A DNA stretch of 64,000 nt from Vicugna vicugna (taxonomy: Eukaryota), in the NCBI GenBank assembly GCA_013265495.1, contig MU058009.1:4158739-4222738 (forward strand), given 5' to 3'. The position numbers and the translations under genes were made by a program. The notes beneath the pieces were generated by a model. It saw nothing but the letters and a program-made list of their open reading frames with translations. It did not search any database and was not told the origin of the DNA. Below are positions 1 to 11,530 of the stretch, in pieces. The stretch's first letter is position 1; the number at the start of each line of letters is the position of its first letter.

Positions 1-993
1 CTCTGTCTGGCATTCAGTCGATGCTCACAACATGCATTTCTGAGCATCATTCTGTCCACCGAACTGTCTCCCACAGTGGGCTGAGGTGCCTTACTTCTAC
101 CTCTGTTGCACAAGCGGAATTGCGCAGAATCCTAGACTCACGTGGAGGAGTTCTGGAGTCGGGGCTGCTGTTAGAGTGCCGGGGCATAGGAACGGAATTC
201 AGAAATCCGCTTACATTACTTGGGGGGCCATGGGAGAGCTTTCGGAGGTATGCTGGGGAATCCTGAGTTCACTCCCGTGTTTTTGCTCCTACTTGCTTTT
301 TGGTTTCCATCTTTCCAAATTCCTACGTGGCCATGAAGGGTCTGGGCTCTGTTTTAAGATTTACCTTCCTTCTTTCTCCTCCAAACCAAGCAGGTCCTGG
401 TGAATGGGTTTGCCAAAAGCAAAAGGAACAATCTTAACCACCTGTCACTTAACAAAGGACACATTTGAAAATAGGAACCACGTGCATGTCAACAAAGGTG
501 AGGGGACAGTAGTCTTGGTAGACCCTCTAGATGTCGCCAAGCACTCCCCCCTCTCCTCCGTTGCTGCACAATGATTACGTCCAGGGCACGGCCAAGCAAG
601 GGACTCGGCAGCTCAGGTGGCTCTCCGTGTAGCCATGGACCCGACTCAGGTCGTTTTCACAGTTTGTTGATTTGTGTTTATTTATTGTTTCTATAAGATT
701 GAAAGTGGTCACCCATTATGGCCCTTGCCTCTCCTTCTGGGTCAGTTCAAGCACGTGATTCAGTTAATCTCCCCGCGGCTGGATGGCGGGGGGAAGACCA
801 GCCACAGCATCGGATATTCGGGAAGGTCCGGGATTCCCGTTGGCCTAGCACGCACGAGCCGGCGCCTGTGGAGAGAGGAGGGGGTGAAGACTGAAGAGGC
901 ATGTAAAGACAGAAGGTGCCGGTCTAGGGAGACATCACTGGCCAACATCATTTTGTCCTAGAACCATTCTTCTGGTTAAAGAAGATCCAATCC

Positions 994-1057
994 GTTTTTT
1001 TTTCTTAATTTTATTTTTGATTGAAGTATAGTTGCTTTACAATGTTAGTTTCAGGTG
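994..1057 (-). mobile_element. L1 extreme 3' end fragment (cetartiodactyl-type)
   Basis: Poly-T followed by ATTGAAGTATAGTTGCTTTACAATGTTAGTTTCAGGTG, which matches the L1 terminus at ~53987-54030 in this window. Confidence 0.8.
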
Positions 1058-1160
1058 GCTGAGCACCGTTCCATTGAAGGTATATTCACCACATCTCAGG
1101 AAGGGCCATTTTATTGGGGGAAGTGACAGTGCTGTTGTCTCACTGCCTCAGAAGGGCCGA

Positions 1161-1164
<4 letters not shown>

Positions 1165-1194
<30 letters not shown>

Positions 1195-1212
1195 ACGCGC
1201 GTGTGTGTATGT
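1165..1212. repeat. (GT)n microsatellite with alternating purine-pyrimidine tail
   Basis: About 14 GT units, then GCACGCGCGTGTGTGTATGTG. Confidence 0.95.
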
Positions 1213-1827
1213 GGGGGCAGCACTGAGGGGACCTGAGCACCGCCTGCGGTGGGGCTGTGTCCCGGCTCACAACCGCCCGGGCTCCGGTAGTCTCAGCCCG
1301 TAAGCAGGGCTCCGCGATAATAACTTTGCCTGTGTGACTTTCTTTCAAGAACATGTGAGGCCATTGCGTGTGGAGACTTGTTTACCTGGGCACGGGGACA
1401 GTCAGGCCACTCTGTGTTTCCGAGATGGGAAGCCCCTGGCAGAGGAGTATGAACTGCAGAAATCGGTTAGCCCGGCCGTTCAGGAGAGGACACTCAGGGA
1501 GTGCCGCCAGCCTGCAGGGTCTCTTCTGTGCGTATTCTTTTGGATCAAAATATTTCCTTATTTCCATGTCCCCGAGGTGGCCCATGGTGGGGGTGGGGGT
1601 GGGGCTGCTCTGGGCTCTTCTCTGTCCCCGTGGTGCAGCAGGCAGCCCTGCGTCTCAGTGTTCCTGGGTCCCCAGCCCACTTTCTCAGACTCCCTGCAAG
1701 AGTGGCCCACTTTTCCTGAGCTCTCTGAACTTCTGCTACCTCTGGACATCCATCAGTGGGCCCACAGCAGTGTCTGGATGGGGAACAAAAAGGCCGTCCT
1801 GGCTCTGTCCAGGTCGAGTGCAGAAAA

Positions 1828-2095
1828 GTAGTGGCTTATGAGAGTTAAGGCCCTGAAATGCAGCTTTCTCTCCGCAGCTGGTCCCTACCCACCCCGGCTG
1901 TCAGCATCCTTACGGCATGACCTTGGACGAGTTACTCAACACAGTCAACCCTCCTTTTCCAGCAAATGAGGATAAAGATAGAGTCTACCTCACAGGGTCG
2001 TTTGGGGGATTGAATGAGACAAACAAGATTCTGTGCGTGAAGCGCTTAGCACAGAGGCTGGCACCTGGTAAATGCCCAGAAATGGCGGCAGTTCT
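1828..2095 (+). mobile_element. MIR SINE
   Basis: TGACCTTGGACGAGTTACTCAAC...TACCTCACAGGGTCGTTTGGGGGATTGAATGAG...AAGCGCTTAGCACAGAGGCTGGCACCTGGTAAATGC, the MIR core plus L2-like tail. Confidence 0.8.
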
Positions 2096-2659
2096 TGCGT
2101 TTTGTCACTGTTGTTATCATTTTGACCTTTTCTCCAGCAGAGACCGTATCATATTTATCTTTGCCAGAGACATTCAATGAATGTTTGTTAAATTGAGCTA
2201 ACTGCTCTAAGTAAAAATAAATAAATAAGAAAAAGAAAAAAGTAGAACCTATTCCTTTACATAACAGCACGGCACTTCCACTGGCCAATGGAGAAAACAC
2301 ACATCCTTGCCTCTGTGAGTTATTATATTCTCTGAATAAACATAAGCCTTTCATATGACCTAATGATTAATGACTTATGCAAAGAAATTTTAATGCCATT
2401 AATAAAAAATTAAGCAGCGAGCTTTCCCCACTTTTTTTTTTTTTGACAGTGTCAGGCTGTCACCTGTTCTCCTGGGGACAACAGGTTTCCGGGAACATGC
2501 TAAGTACAGAAAATTGATCATTCCCAGACGGCGCTCCCCTGTGTTCTCCATGTCTTCCTGATCAGCGTGTGGGGTGCAAGCAAGGCTCTCTTCAGAGTGA
2601 AGAGAGGGACATTTGTGGCATGAAAGGGAGAGGGCAGCTGAGTGCTTGCTCTGTCTACC

Positions 2660-3158
2660 TATCCTCCATCCATCCACCCATCCATCCACCCATCCACCCA
2701 TCCATCTAATCACCCATCCACCCATCCATCCACCCATCTAATCACCCATCCACCCATCCACCCACCCACCCANNNNNNNNNNNNNNNNNNNNNNNNNNNN
2801 NNNNNNNNNNNNNNNNNNNNNNNNNNNNNNNNNNNNNNNNNNNNNNNNNNNNNNNNNNNNNNNNNNNNNNNNNNNNNNNNNNNNNNNNNNNNNNNNNNNN
2901 NNNNNNNNNNNNNNNNNNNNNNNNNNNNNNNNNNNNNNNNNNNNNNNNNNNNNNNNNNNNNNNNNNNNNNNNNNNNNNNNNNNNNNNNNNNNNNNNNNNN
3001 NNNNNNNNNNNNNNNNNNNNNNNNNNNNNNNNNNNCACCCATCGACATATCCACGTATCCTCCCATCCACCCACCCATCCACCCACCCATCCATCCACCC
3101 ATCCACCCATCCATCCACCCATCCATCCGTCCATCCATCCATGTATCCACCCATCCAT
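2660..3158. repeat. (CCAT/CCAC)n simple repeat spanning an assembly gap (N at 2773-3035)
   Basis: Tetranucleotide repeat on both sides of the N run. Confidence 0.95.
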
Positions 3159-5669
3159 CTAGTATCCTTTAAACTCCTTTGCTAAGTCTAGTCTCCTACG
3201 CTCTTATATGCTGGGATTAGAAATGGACACCATTCGTTTGAGGAAGAATGAACACAATTCTGGCCCCGAATGCTCAGGAAAGGAGTCTTATCCAAACAAT
3301 TAAATAATCTTTCAGTTTTGAGGCCAAATTTCCACCAGCGTTCCCAGGCAAGCCCGTGGCTCGTTCCTGAATATCCCTTGTGGACAGTTTGTCTCTAAGC
3401 CTTTGAACAGCAGTGTCTCCACCTCAGAAGCCTTATTCCTCTTCTGTCAAAGGTTTGGTCTCAAGCCCTGTTATTCATTTTGAAGCAAACTTCCAAGTTT
3501 CCAAAACCAGAATTCTCAGACTTCAAAGCCAGGGGAGCCTGCCAGGGCCTCTTCATCCTGGAAACTCCTGAGACAGTGCTGTCCTAGCACAGCTCCGTCT
3601 TGACCCCTGGGGACCGGCTGGACCACCTGCAAGCTCAGCTGAAGACTCGGATCCTTGACAGACTTCTTGTCCCTCAGACACCCCTGTGTTCTCACATAAC
3701 TGTTCTGAGGCGGAGAGAGGAGAACTCTGTCTTTCCCAGTGACCTGCTCCTTAGCGTGGCCGTGAGGACTCTGTTCGGTTCTGCCCTTTACCCGTATGAG
3801 AGCCCCACTGAGGTCAAAGGTGAGTGGGCCACCTGTGTGATGCCTGGTGTGTGCGGCTGGGCTGCCCTTGTGACCCTCACTCCCTCGTGCTCTGTGCTGA
3901 CCTAGCTTTTCGTCCTTACCTGTGCGTGTCGCCCCTCCGCAGCTGTGTGCACCTGTGTGTGCACCTCGGTTGTGCCCGCCCGCCTCCTCTTCTCAGCTAC
4001 GTTTACACTTTCAGGAGGAGGAGCTCCCTCCTTCTTTATTTGCCTTTTGGGTGAGCTCGGAGCCTGTGCCGGCCCTTCACCTGCAGCCTCGCTGGTCGTC
4101 AGCCCTGCCTGGGACAGCTCTTACCTGTGTTGGTCGTGGTGTGGCTGGTGGGCACTCGGCTTGCCTGGGAAGCGGGCACAGTGTTGGGTTCAGCGAGAGG
4201 AGCAGAGGGGGCACCTGGGAGGGGGAGAAGGAGAGCCGCGGGGCTCAGGCAGGAGGACAGCCTGTAAAGCTGCCGGGTGTTTGAGGAGCCTGTACCTGCT
4301 GCTTGTTGGAGGAGTGGCCGCCGGGGTAGGGAGCCTGCCCTCAGGGAAGCCTGACACCCTGTTTCTGAGTCTCTCTCCTGGCCTCTCCAACAGGGCTCAC
4401 GGGATCTCCAGCCCCGTCACCCGGTTGCTTTGAAAGATGTGATGTCTTCCTCCCAGCTTCCCTGCTGACCTTTGCTGGATTTCTGGCTTGGGCTGTCCCA
4501 AAGGCGATCGGAAATTTGCTCAGTGGCATTTACCTAACTCAGGCCACTGGCGGTGTGACATGGTTGGGTGATTTAGGGTTTGGAGGAAAAACACTGGCAG
4601 GAGGATGGGGCGGGCAGGAAGGTTGGAGGGGGGCAGAGGCGCCTCTTCCCTGGAATGCTGCGTGCTGCTCCAAGGCCAGCTGGTTGGCTACTAAGTACGC
4701 AGCCGGGGGCAGGCGGTGGGCGACCCGCTGCCCGAGTCGGGGCTGGCGGAGAGGTGTGGAGCCTGGGTCTGAGGCTGGCAGCCGAGCCTCCACAGTTCGT
4801 CCTCATGGCCGGGTGGACAAGCCCCCCTCTTCAGGATGCATCCTGCTCTGGAGAGCCCTGACACAGATTCACAGAAGACAAGGAAGGGACAAGAACAGCC
4901 GGACGGACCCCTCTGTCCCTGGAGGAGGTGCGCTCGCTCAGCCTCCATCTGTGTTCCAGGCGCCGTGCGTGCGGCTGGCGCAGGAGACGCTCCCGCTGCC
5001 TTCTCGGACATCGTTGTCGAGGGAGGAGACGTGAGCACAGCCTCACACAGGTGGCTGCTCACAGTCAAGACCGGGACTTCCAGGAGAAGCATGTGATGGG
5101 CGGGCTTCCAGGGGACGGAGACGAGGCTGCGGAGGCAGGAACTCCACGAGGAGCTTCAAGGATGGGGAGGAGGTTAGGTAGAGGGGAGGCTGCAGAGCCA
5201 CCCTGAGCAAAGGGCCCCAGGCCGGACGGGCCGGCCGTCTGGAGGGCAGCCGCACGGGGGGCTGCGGGGCTGCGGGGCTGCGGGAGGACCTTCCCATCTC
5301 TGTTTGCCTGTCCCTCTGTCGTCTCATGTTCACCTGCCTCGGTCCAGTCCCCGCAGACACTGTGAGCGACCTGCCCTGCTGGTCCCTCCTTCTGCCTTCC
5401 TGGTGGTGGGCACTCCGCGGGCAGGACTTGGTGGCGGCAGGGCCCAGCTGGGTGTCGGAGTGGGCAGGAGTCCGTGGTGCAGGCTGATTGGCTGAGACCA
5501 AAAGAGGTGTCTTCACTCATGGCTGTTTGCCCTCCACAGTCAGATGTGTGTCCGTTCGAATCCTAGCCCTGCCACTACTTAACCTCTCAAGTGTCAGTCA
5601 CATCTGTCAAAAACTAGATAGCGCCTACCTTGATTCATCGGCTAATGATGATGATGGTGGTAAAATGAT

Positions 5670-5857
5670 AATGGCACCTTCACGCCAGGCACAGCTCTGA
5701 GTGTTTCACAGATATTCAACCCTTAGAGTGACTCGATGAGCAAAGTACTGTTGTTATGATTCCCATTTGACAGATGAGGAAACTGAGGCCCTGAGGAGCC
5801 ATTACACAGGGAACGTGGCTTGGAGCCTGAGTTCGGGATCCACGGACTCTGGATCCT
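5670..5857 (-). mobile_element. MIR SINE
   Basis: ATTCCCATTTGACAGATGAGGAAACTGAGGC is the canonical MIR core in reverse orientation. Confidence 0.85.
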
Positions 5858-6419
5858 GAATCTGCAGGCTCCGCTGCCGTGTTTTCTCGTATTTCAGTCT
5901 GTGTGGGGCCTGCGGTTGTGGGTAACGCCGTGTCCACAGGGACCAGGGGGGAGCCCACCTCCCCCCCACCCCGAATGTGGTTCGTTTGTCTGAGGTTATT
6001 ATTTGTCCGTGGTGTTGGACTCTTGTGTCCCTGGGGTGAGACTGGAGGGACCAGAGGGGAGGAACAGAGTCCCTGGTGGGGTTGGGGAGGACCGACAGGC
6101 CGCACAGGGAGCTGGGAGCTCCCCTCCTCCCTGAGCATCCTCCCAGGTGAGCCCCACTAAGCCCCGACCCCCCCTCGTTGTCCGCCCAACTCCCCCACCT
6201 CCAGCTTCGAGCCTGGATGCGAGGGGCAAAGCCTCGGCAAAGCTTTCTCAAGTGCTGAGTCGAGTTCAGAATGACTGTCGGGAGCTCAGGGATGCAGGCA
6301 GCTTAGTGCTCTCTGATCCCTGAAGATTGGATTCAGTGCTCTGGGAGCGGGCGGAGTGCGGGGCCGACCTTGCCCGTGGGGTCAGCGGCTGATGGAGCCA
6401 GCTGGCCGCGAGCGCATCT

Positions 6420-7130
6420 CCCAGGCTGCGCAGAGCTTGGAGGCAAGAGGATCGATTAAATCAGTGGGGGAGATTTCACATTTAACGTGTGGGGGAAAAA
6501 TCAGGCTTTTTATATGGAAGTTGATGTAATTATTAAAGAAAAAAAATAAAAAATATTGGCATGTTAAGAAAAGATCCAACTGCTTTAGAAAAATATTTTC
6601 TAAATCCTCAGCAGACATTTATCCAGAGGAAGAATATTCAGTAAGCCAAATTTGCTCTTAATCCTTAATCCACAAAGCCATGATCCCCGATTTCACCAAG
6701 TAAGAGCTGGGATGAATGCTAATTGGAAATCTCCCCGTCCCTCCCTGCTTCCTCTCCCTTCCGTTTTGAATTCCAGCATTCTCTCTGAGCTGGGGAGTCC
6801 TGACTTGTTTTCCCCCTCGGAGAGGCGTGTTTGAGAGACACACCCCACCTCTCTCTTTGGCGTTTGTGGTGTAAATGGTACCTTATCCAGTGAAAAGGGG
6901 GAATCTTGTCAACAGCCCCCAGCTCTGCAGTGCTTACCAGGGAGGGGGAGGGAGGGGGAGACGCAGAGAGAGGCGCCTAGTCCAGTTCACTCCCGAAGTA
7001 TGATGGATAATAACGTTTCCAGGAGAGAAATGGCAGGAAATCTGACGGCCAGGACTTGAGGCCCCAAATGGAAAAGCCAATCGCTTGTTCACTCCAGGCT
7101 TCATATTTGAAGGAAACGTTATTTGACGTT
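6420..7130. promoter_or_regulatory. Putative conserved non-coding/enhancer or alternative promoter island
   Basis: No recognisable repeats; AT-rich blocks with ATCGATTAAATCA, TAATTATTA, TAATCC x2 and CTAATTGG; G-rich tract at 6940-6960. Conservation is inferred, not measured. Confidence 0.35.
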
Positions 7131-8966
7131 GAGGCTCCCCCGCCTTCCCCTCTTCCTGCAAGGCCGGAAGAACAGCAGAATTCATTCTCTGTCTTCAGAG
7201 CCTCATTTTCCAGGCGCAGTGAGGCTGTGTGTGTCTGTGAATTCTCATCTCAGCTTGTGCTGGTGTTTGGCAGATGTGTATTTCTCAACCACAGTCGGTC
7301 TTTCCAAGCTCCACGAGAAGTTAGGAGGGCTCTGTGGCTCCTCTTCTCATGGTGCCTCTTCTCAGCCCCAAACAGACCTGCAGCGAGAGCTACAGCGGTG
7401 AAGACCGCGGCGCTGGCCACGCTGCTCTAGTCGCGCTGTCCGTCTTACTCGCCCGGCGTTCGTTTGGTAGCTTTCTAAGGTCCTCGCGATGCCTTTGTTG
7501 GAAATCACTCATGGCAACAGTGTATCAATCACAACAGAGATTCTTACCAACTGAACCCGGGGCGTGCACCACGTAAGGGAAAGCTTGCGCCAGCCCTGTG
7601 AGGGAACAGCTGTCCTTTACCCAAGGAGAAGCTCCGGCTCAGAGAGGCTGAGTCACGTTCCCGAGACCGCCCGCCCACCGCCGGCAGAGACGAGGTCTGA
7701 TCCAAGGCTGACTCCGGAGCCTGGCCTCTTACAAGCTTCACTTTCCAAAGCGGGGACCGGTCACACTGCGGACCGGACCTGTCAGGTCACAACAAGAGAA
7801 GGAGGCATCCAGGCACGAGTTTCAGGTCTTGTCAACTCTTGTAGCCCCAAGGCCAAGGGCGAAGGCGGTCTAGTCGCCCAGACGAAGGGACTGCTGTAGG
7901 GCGGCGCCTTCCAGGCCCTCTCAGTGCGACTGAGGAGGGTCCTGCAGTTCTGGAGCAACCTGCAGGTGCTCACGTGGGATGTGGGGAGGAAGCGGGGGTT
8001 AGTGAGGGCGGGAGGCTGACCTTCTAAGTGTGAAAGAACCATGAATCAAAGAAGACATACTCTCTCCTCCCCACCCCAAACTTCCAAATGAAATTCTTGT
8101 AAAATTAAGCAAACACTTGCTTCCAAACCTCAAATAAAGGGTTCATCGTCTCCAAAGCGGCCCAGGTGTTTCCTGAAACGGAAGGCACAACACGTTCTTT
8201 CCCTGGCGCTGATGGCTGCGCTTGGGGGCTCCCTGCCGGGGGCAGCTGCCAATGTCCCACCAGAGAGGCTGCTCTGAGTCCTGGAGGCTGTCTGCAATAC
8301 CAAACCATGTGGTTACCAACAAAGTTCAGCCACGAAATAAAATTAAACAAATAAAATAAAATACCGAGCCTCGGGCACCCGCTGCACAGAGGCCTGGGTT
8401 TGATCCGTCGCCGGGCGCCCCATAGAGGACCGTCCCCTCACAGCCTGGACTTAGTTTTTCTTTAAGCAAACTTGTAAATTTAGGTACAAAGCCGTTTGTC
8501 CACACTGTCTATGGGAGAAAACAGGCGATTTCCATTCTGATTTAGAGTCACAGCCACTGAAAACAGCCGAATAATTCTGAATGCACTTCGGTGGGAAAGC
8601 CTTCCTCCGAACGTCTCAGAGCAGCTTTGTGCTCATTGTGCCGTTTCTACGCAGAATGTTCCTTGAAGACGGAGGGTGACAGTGGTGATTTTCCCTCGAG
8701 GGAGGGGAGTGGCTGGAGTTGGAGGCCGTCCACAGCGCGTTACGCGGATGCCAGCCCGTCCCTGATGTGCTGGCGGCCGTGCGCGGGTCAGGTGTAGACC
8801 GTCGCACCCAGACCCGCGTGCCGGGGGAGGAGGGGCGCCCGAGCTCCGGGACTGGAGGTCGAGGGGCACTAAGGGTCCGCCTTGAGTGGAGTAAGCGGGT
8901 CTCTTTTAGGAGCGCCGGTGGCTTTCCTGAGGCTCGTCCGAGTGTTTGCATGGTTTTCAACAGACT

Positions 8967-9764
8967 GTTTTGTAACATCTTTTATTGAGTTATAGTCCTT
9001 CTACAGTGTTGTGTCAAATCCCAGTGCAGAGCACGATTTTTCAGTTACACATGAACATGCATATATTCATTGTCACATTTTTCTTTCACTGTGAGCCACC
9101 ACGAGATCTTGAATATACTTCCCTGTGCTGCACAGTATAATCTTGTTTATCTGTTCTACATTGTGAACTCCCAGTCTGTCCCTTCCCAGCCCCCCGCCCC
9201 CTTGGCAGCCACGAGTTTGTATTCTATGTCTGAGTCTGTTTCTGTTTTGTATTTATGTTTTTTCTTTTTTTTAGATTCCACATATGAGCGATCTCATATG
9301 GTATTTTTTTTTCTCTTCTGGCTTACTTCACTTAGAATGACATTCTCCAGGAGCATCCATGTTGCTGCAAATGGCGTTATGTTGTCGGTTCTTATGGCTG
9401 AGTAGTATTCCATTGTATAAATATACCATTTCTTCTTTATCCAGTCATCTGTTGATGGACATTTAGGCTGTCTCCATGTCTTGGTTACTGTAAATAGTGC
9501 TGCTATGAACATTGGGGTGCAGGTGTCATTTTGTAGTAGGATTCCTTCTGGATTTATGCCCAGGAGCAGGACTCCTGGGTCATATGGTAAGTCTATTCCT
9601 AGTCTTTTGAGGCATCTTCATACTGTTTTCCACAGTGGCTACACCAAACTGCATTCCCACCAGCAGTGTAGGAGGGTTCCCTTTTCCCCACAGCCTCTCC
9701 AGCATTTGTCATTTCTGGACTTTTGAATGATGGCCATTCTGACTGGTGTGAGGTGATATCTCAT
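8967..9764 (-). mobile_element. 5'-truncated L1 (ORF2 C-terminus + 3'UTR), camelid-type
   Basis: Minus-strand ORF 9294-9512 [41 protein letters not shown]...ATWMLLENVILSEVSQ is the L1 ORF2p C-terminus; a 3'UTR and decayed poly-A follow. Confidence 0.95.
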
Positions 9765-10464
9765 CTGAGCTGAATGATTCTGTCAGATGGTGGAGGTGAC
9801 ATGGAGGCCATGGGACGTGATCAGCCGCCCTCCCTGCTGGGGTCAGGGCTCAGGACGTGGTGCCACAGCAGGTGGGGGGCAGAGGCGGGCGGTCCTGAGG
9901 AGACCAGCAAAGGGCGTGGGGCCAGGATGTGGCTGGTGGTGGGGTGCACCTGGGCAGAAGGCAGAGCCTCAGGAGCTCTTAGGGGCTCTGCCCTCTGTGG
10001 GGAGGTGCTCCTTCAGGGAGCATAACTACCCTGGGCGTTTGGGGATCCGGCGTCCCACTGGCCACGCAGGCCTGGTGATGGTTGTCGAAAGCTGAAAGCC
10101 ACACCAGATGAGCACGATGTGTGTGCTGACTCTGTTTGGTTTGGTTTCTCCTCAGTCCTCTAAAGACCTGCTGGGGTTTCTGCATATCCAGGGATGAGCA
10201 TCAAACGGGTGGTGCGGATACTACTTCTGGCACATTCCTTCCTTATTCTGCCTTCTCAGCGTGTCATCATCACCCCATCATCCCCATGTAGGAGATGGAG
10301 AGTCAGTAACTAACCCAAAAAGTAGCTGACTGTAGGGCACAGCTTCTCCGCCACTACCTCGGGCTCTTTCTCATCCATTTATTTAGAAAGAGATTTAAAT
10401 TCCCATTGATTGGCTTATAGGTCTCAGTGTATGTTCAACAATAAATGTCCTTGGGTCAGTAACC

Positions 10465-10590
10465 AGCATGGCACTGTGGTTAACTTTCTGGGTTCGACCT
10501 GGACCCCTCACTCACCAGCTGTGTGACCTTGATCAATGCGCTTAACCTCTCTGTGCCTCATAGGACTATTGTGAAGATTGAGTGAGTGGG
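10465..10590 (+). mobile_element. MIR SINE fragment
   Basis: CTCACCAGCTGTGTGACCTTGATCAATGCGCTTAACCTCTCTGTGCCTCA. Confidence 0.8.
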
Positions 10591-11324
10591 TTTCTGACTT
10601 GAAACAAGGTCATATGACATTACAAATGTTTCAGAAAAGGTGGCAGGGCCAGTGAATGAAATCAGAGGGGGTTACATCCTGCTGCACTTCGGGATGGAGT
10701 GAGCCCTGCTGAGAAGGCTGAGTGGGGCACTGGGGTGGGGGCATCAGGTATGGCTGTGTCTTTGACTGTCAGTTTCCACCTTCAGTCTTCTCACTCGAAC
10801 ACCTTTTACTGGCACTAAATTTGTTTTTGGATAATGAAAGCAGATGTTCTGTTTATGCCCTCACCCCGCTCACCTACACGCCGCGTCTCAAAGACACCTT
10901 CTCTCCCCTCCGGACAGAATCGGAGCACAGCGGAGCCGTGTGTCTGGGCTGAGGCCAGCTCTCAGAGAGCTGGTTTCTGGAGAGCTGCAGCCAGGGAAAG
11001 GTTAGTTAACACGTTACCCGGGCACACCGTAAGTGTGGGAGCCCATCAGATAAACGACCACACCAGCTCACACGTGGATAGAAACACGTTTACTGGAGAG
11101 GAGGAAGCCAGCTCTTTGGCACTGCTGGCTCTGCGGCTTCAGGAGCAGCAGGTGCAGCCCGGGACGGCCGGCGGCGGGGGAGGCGCGAGCAGGCGGGTAC
11201 TTCCGCAGTGCTCAGCACCAGCAGTGGGTATCTGCAAGCAAAGAGGGTGTGTGTGTGAGAGAGAGAGTGACAGTGACAGAGGCACGGAGGTGACAAGGCA
11301 GGAGCAGGCGGACGTGAGACCCCC

Positions 11325-11530
11325 GTGGATCTGGGTTCCGATCCTGTCTCTTCCAGCCAGGAACCGGGTGGCCCGGCCCGTTGAGCTGACCTCTCTGAGC
11401 CTTCGCTTCCTCTTCTGCACGACTCCAGCCATGCTCCATCCTTGGTGCTCTCGTGTCTCCAGATCACTTGTGGTATTTTAAGCGTCTAGCATGCGACTCG
11501 AAACACAAAGGCACTCGATAAATGCTCGTC
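11325..11530 (+). mobile_element. MIR SINE (GC-shifted)
   Basis: CTGGGTTCCGATCCTG...GACCTCTCTGAGCCTTCGCTTCCTCTTCTG...GCACTCGATAAATG. Confidence 0.6.

Noticed and set aside
2642..3172. Repetitive HP/GW-rich ORFs (also the ORFs near 62058-62636)
   Set aside because: They are translations of simple repeats across N gaps.
6584..6604. TTTAGAAAA-ATA-TTTTCTAAA inverted repeat
   Set aside because: A short AT-rich stem that is plausible by chance in this context.
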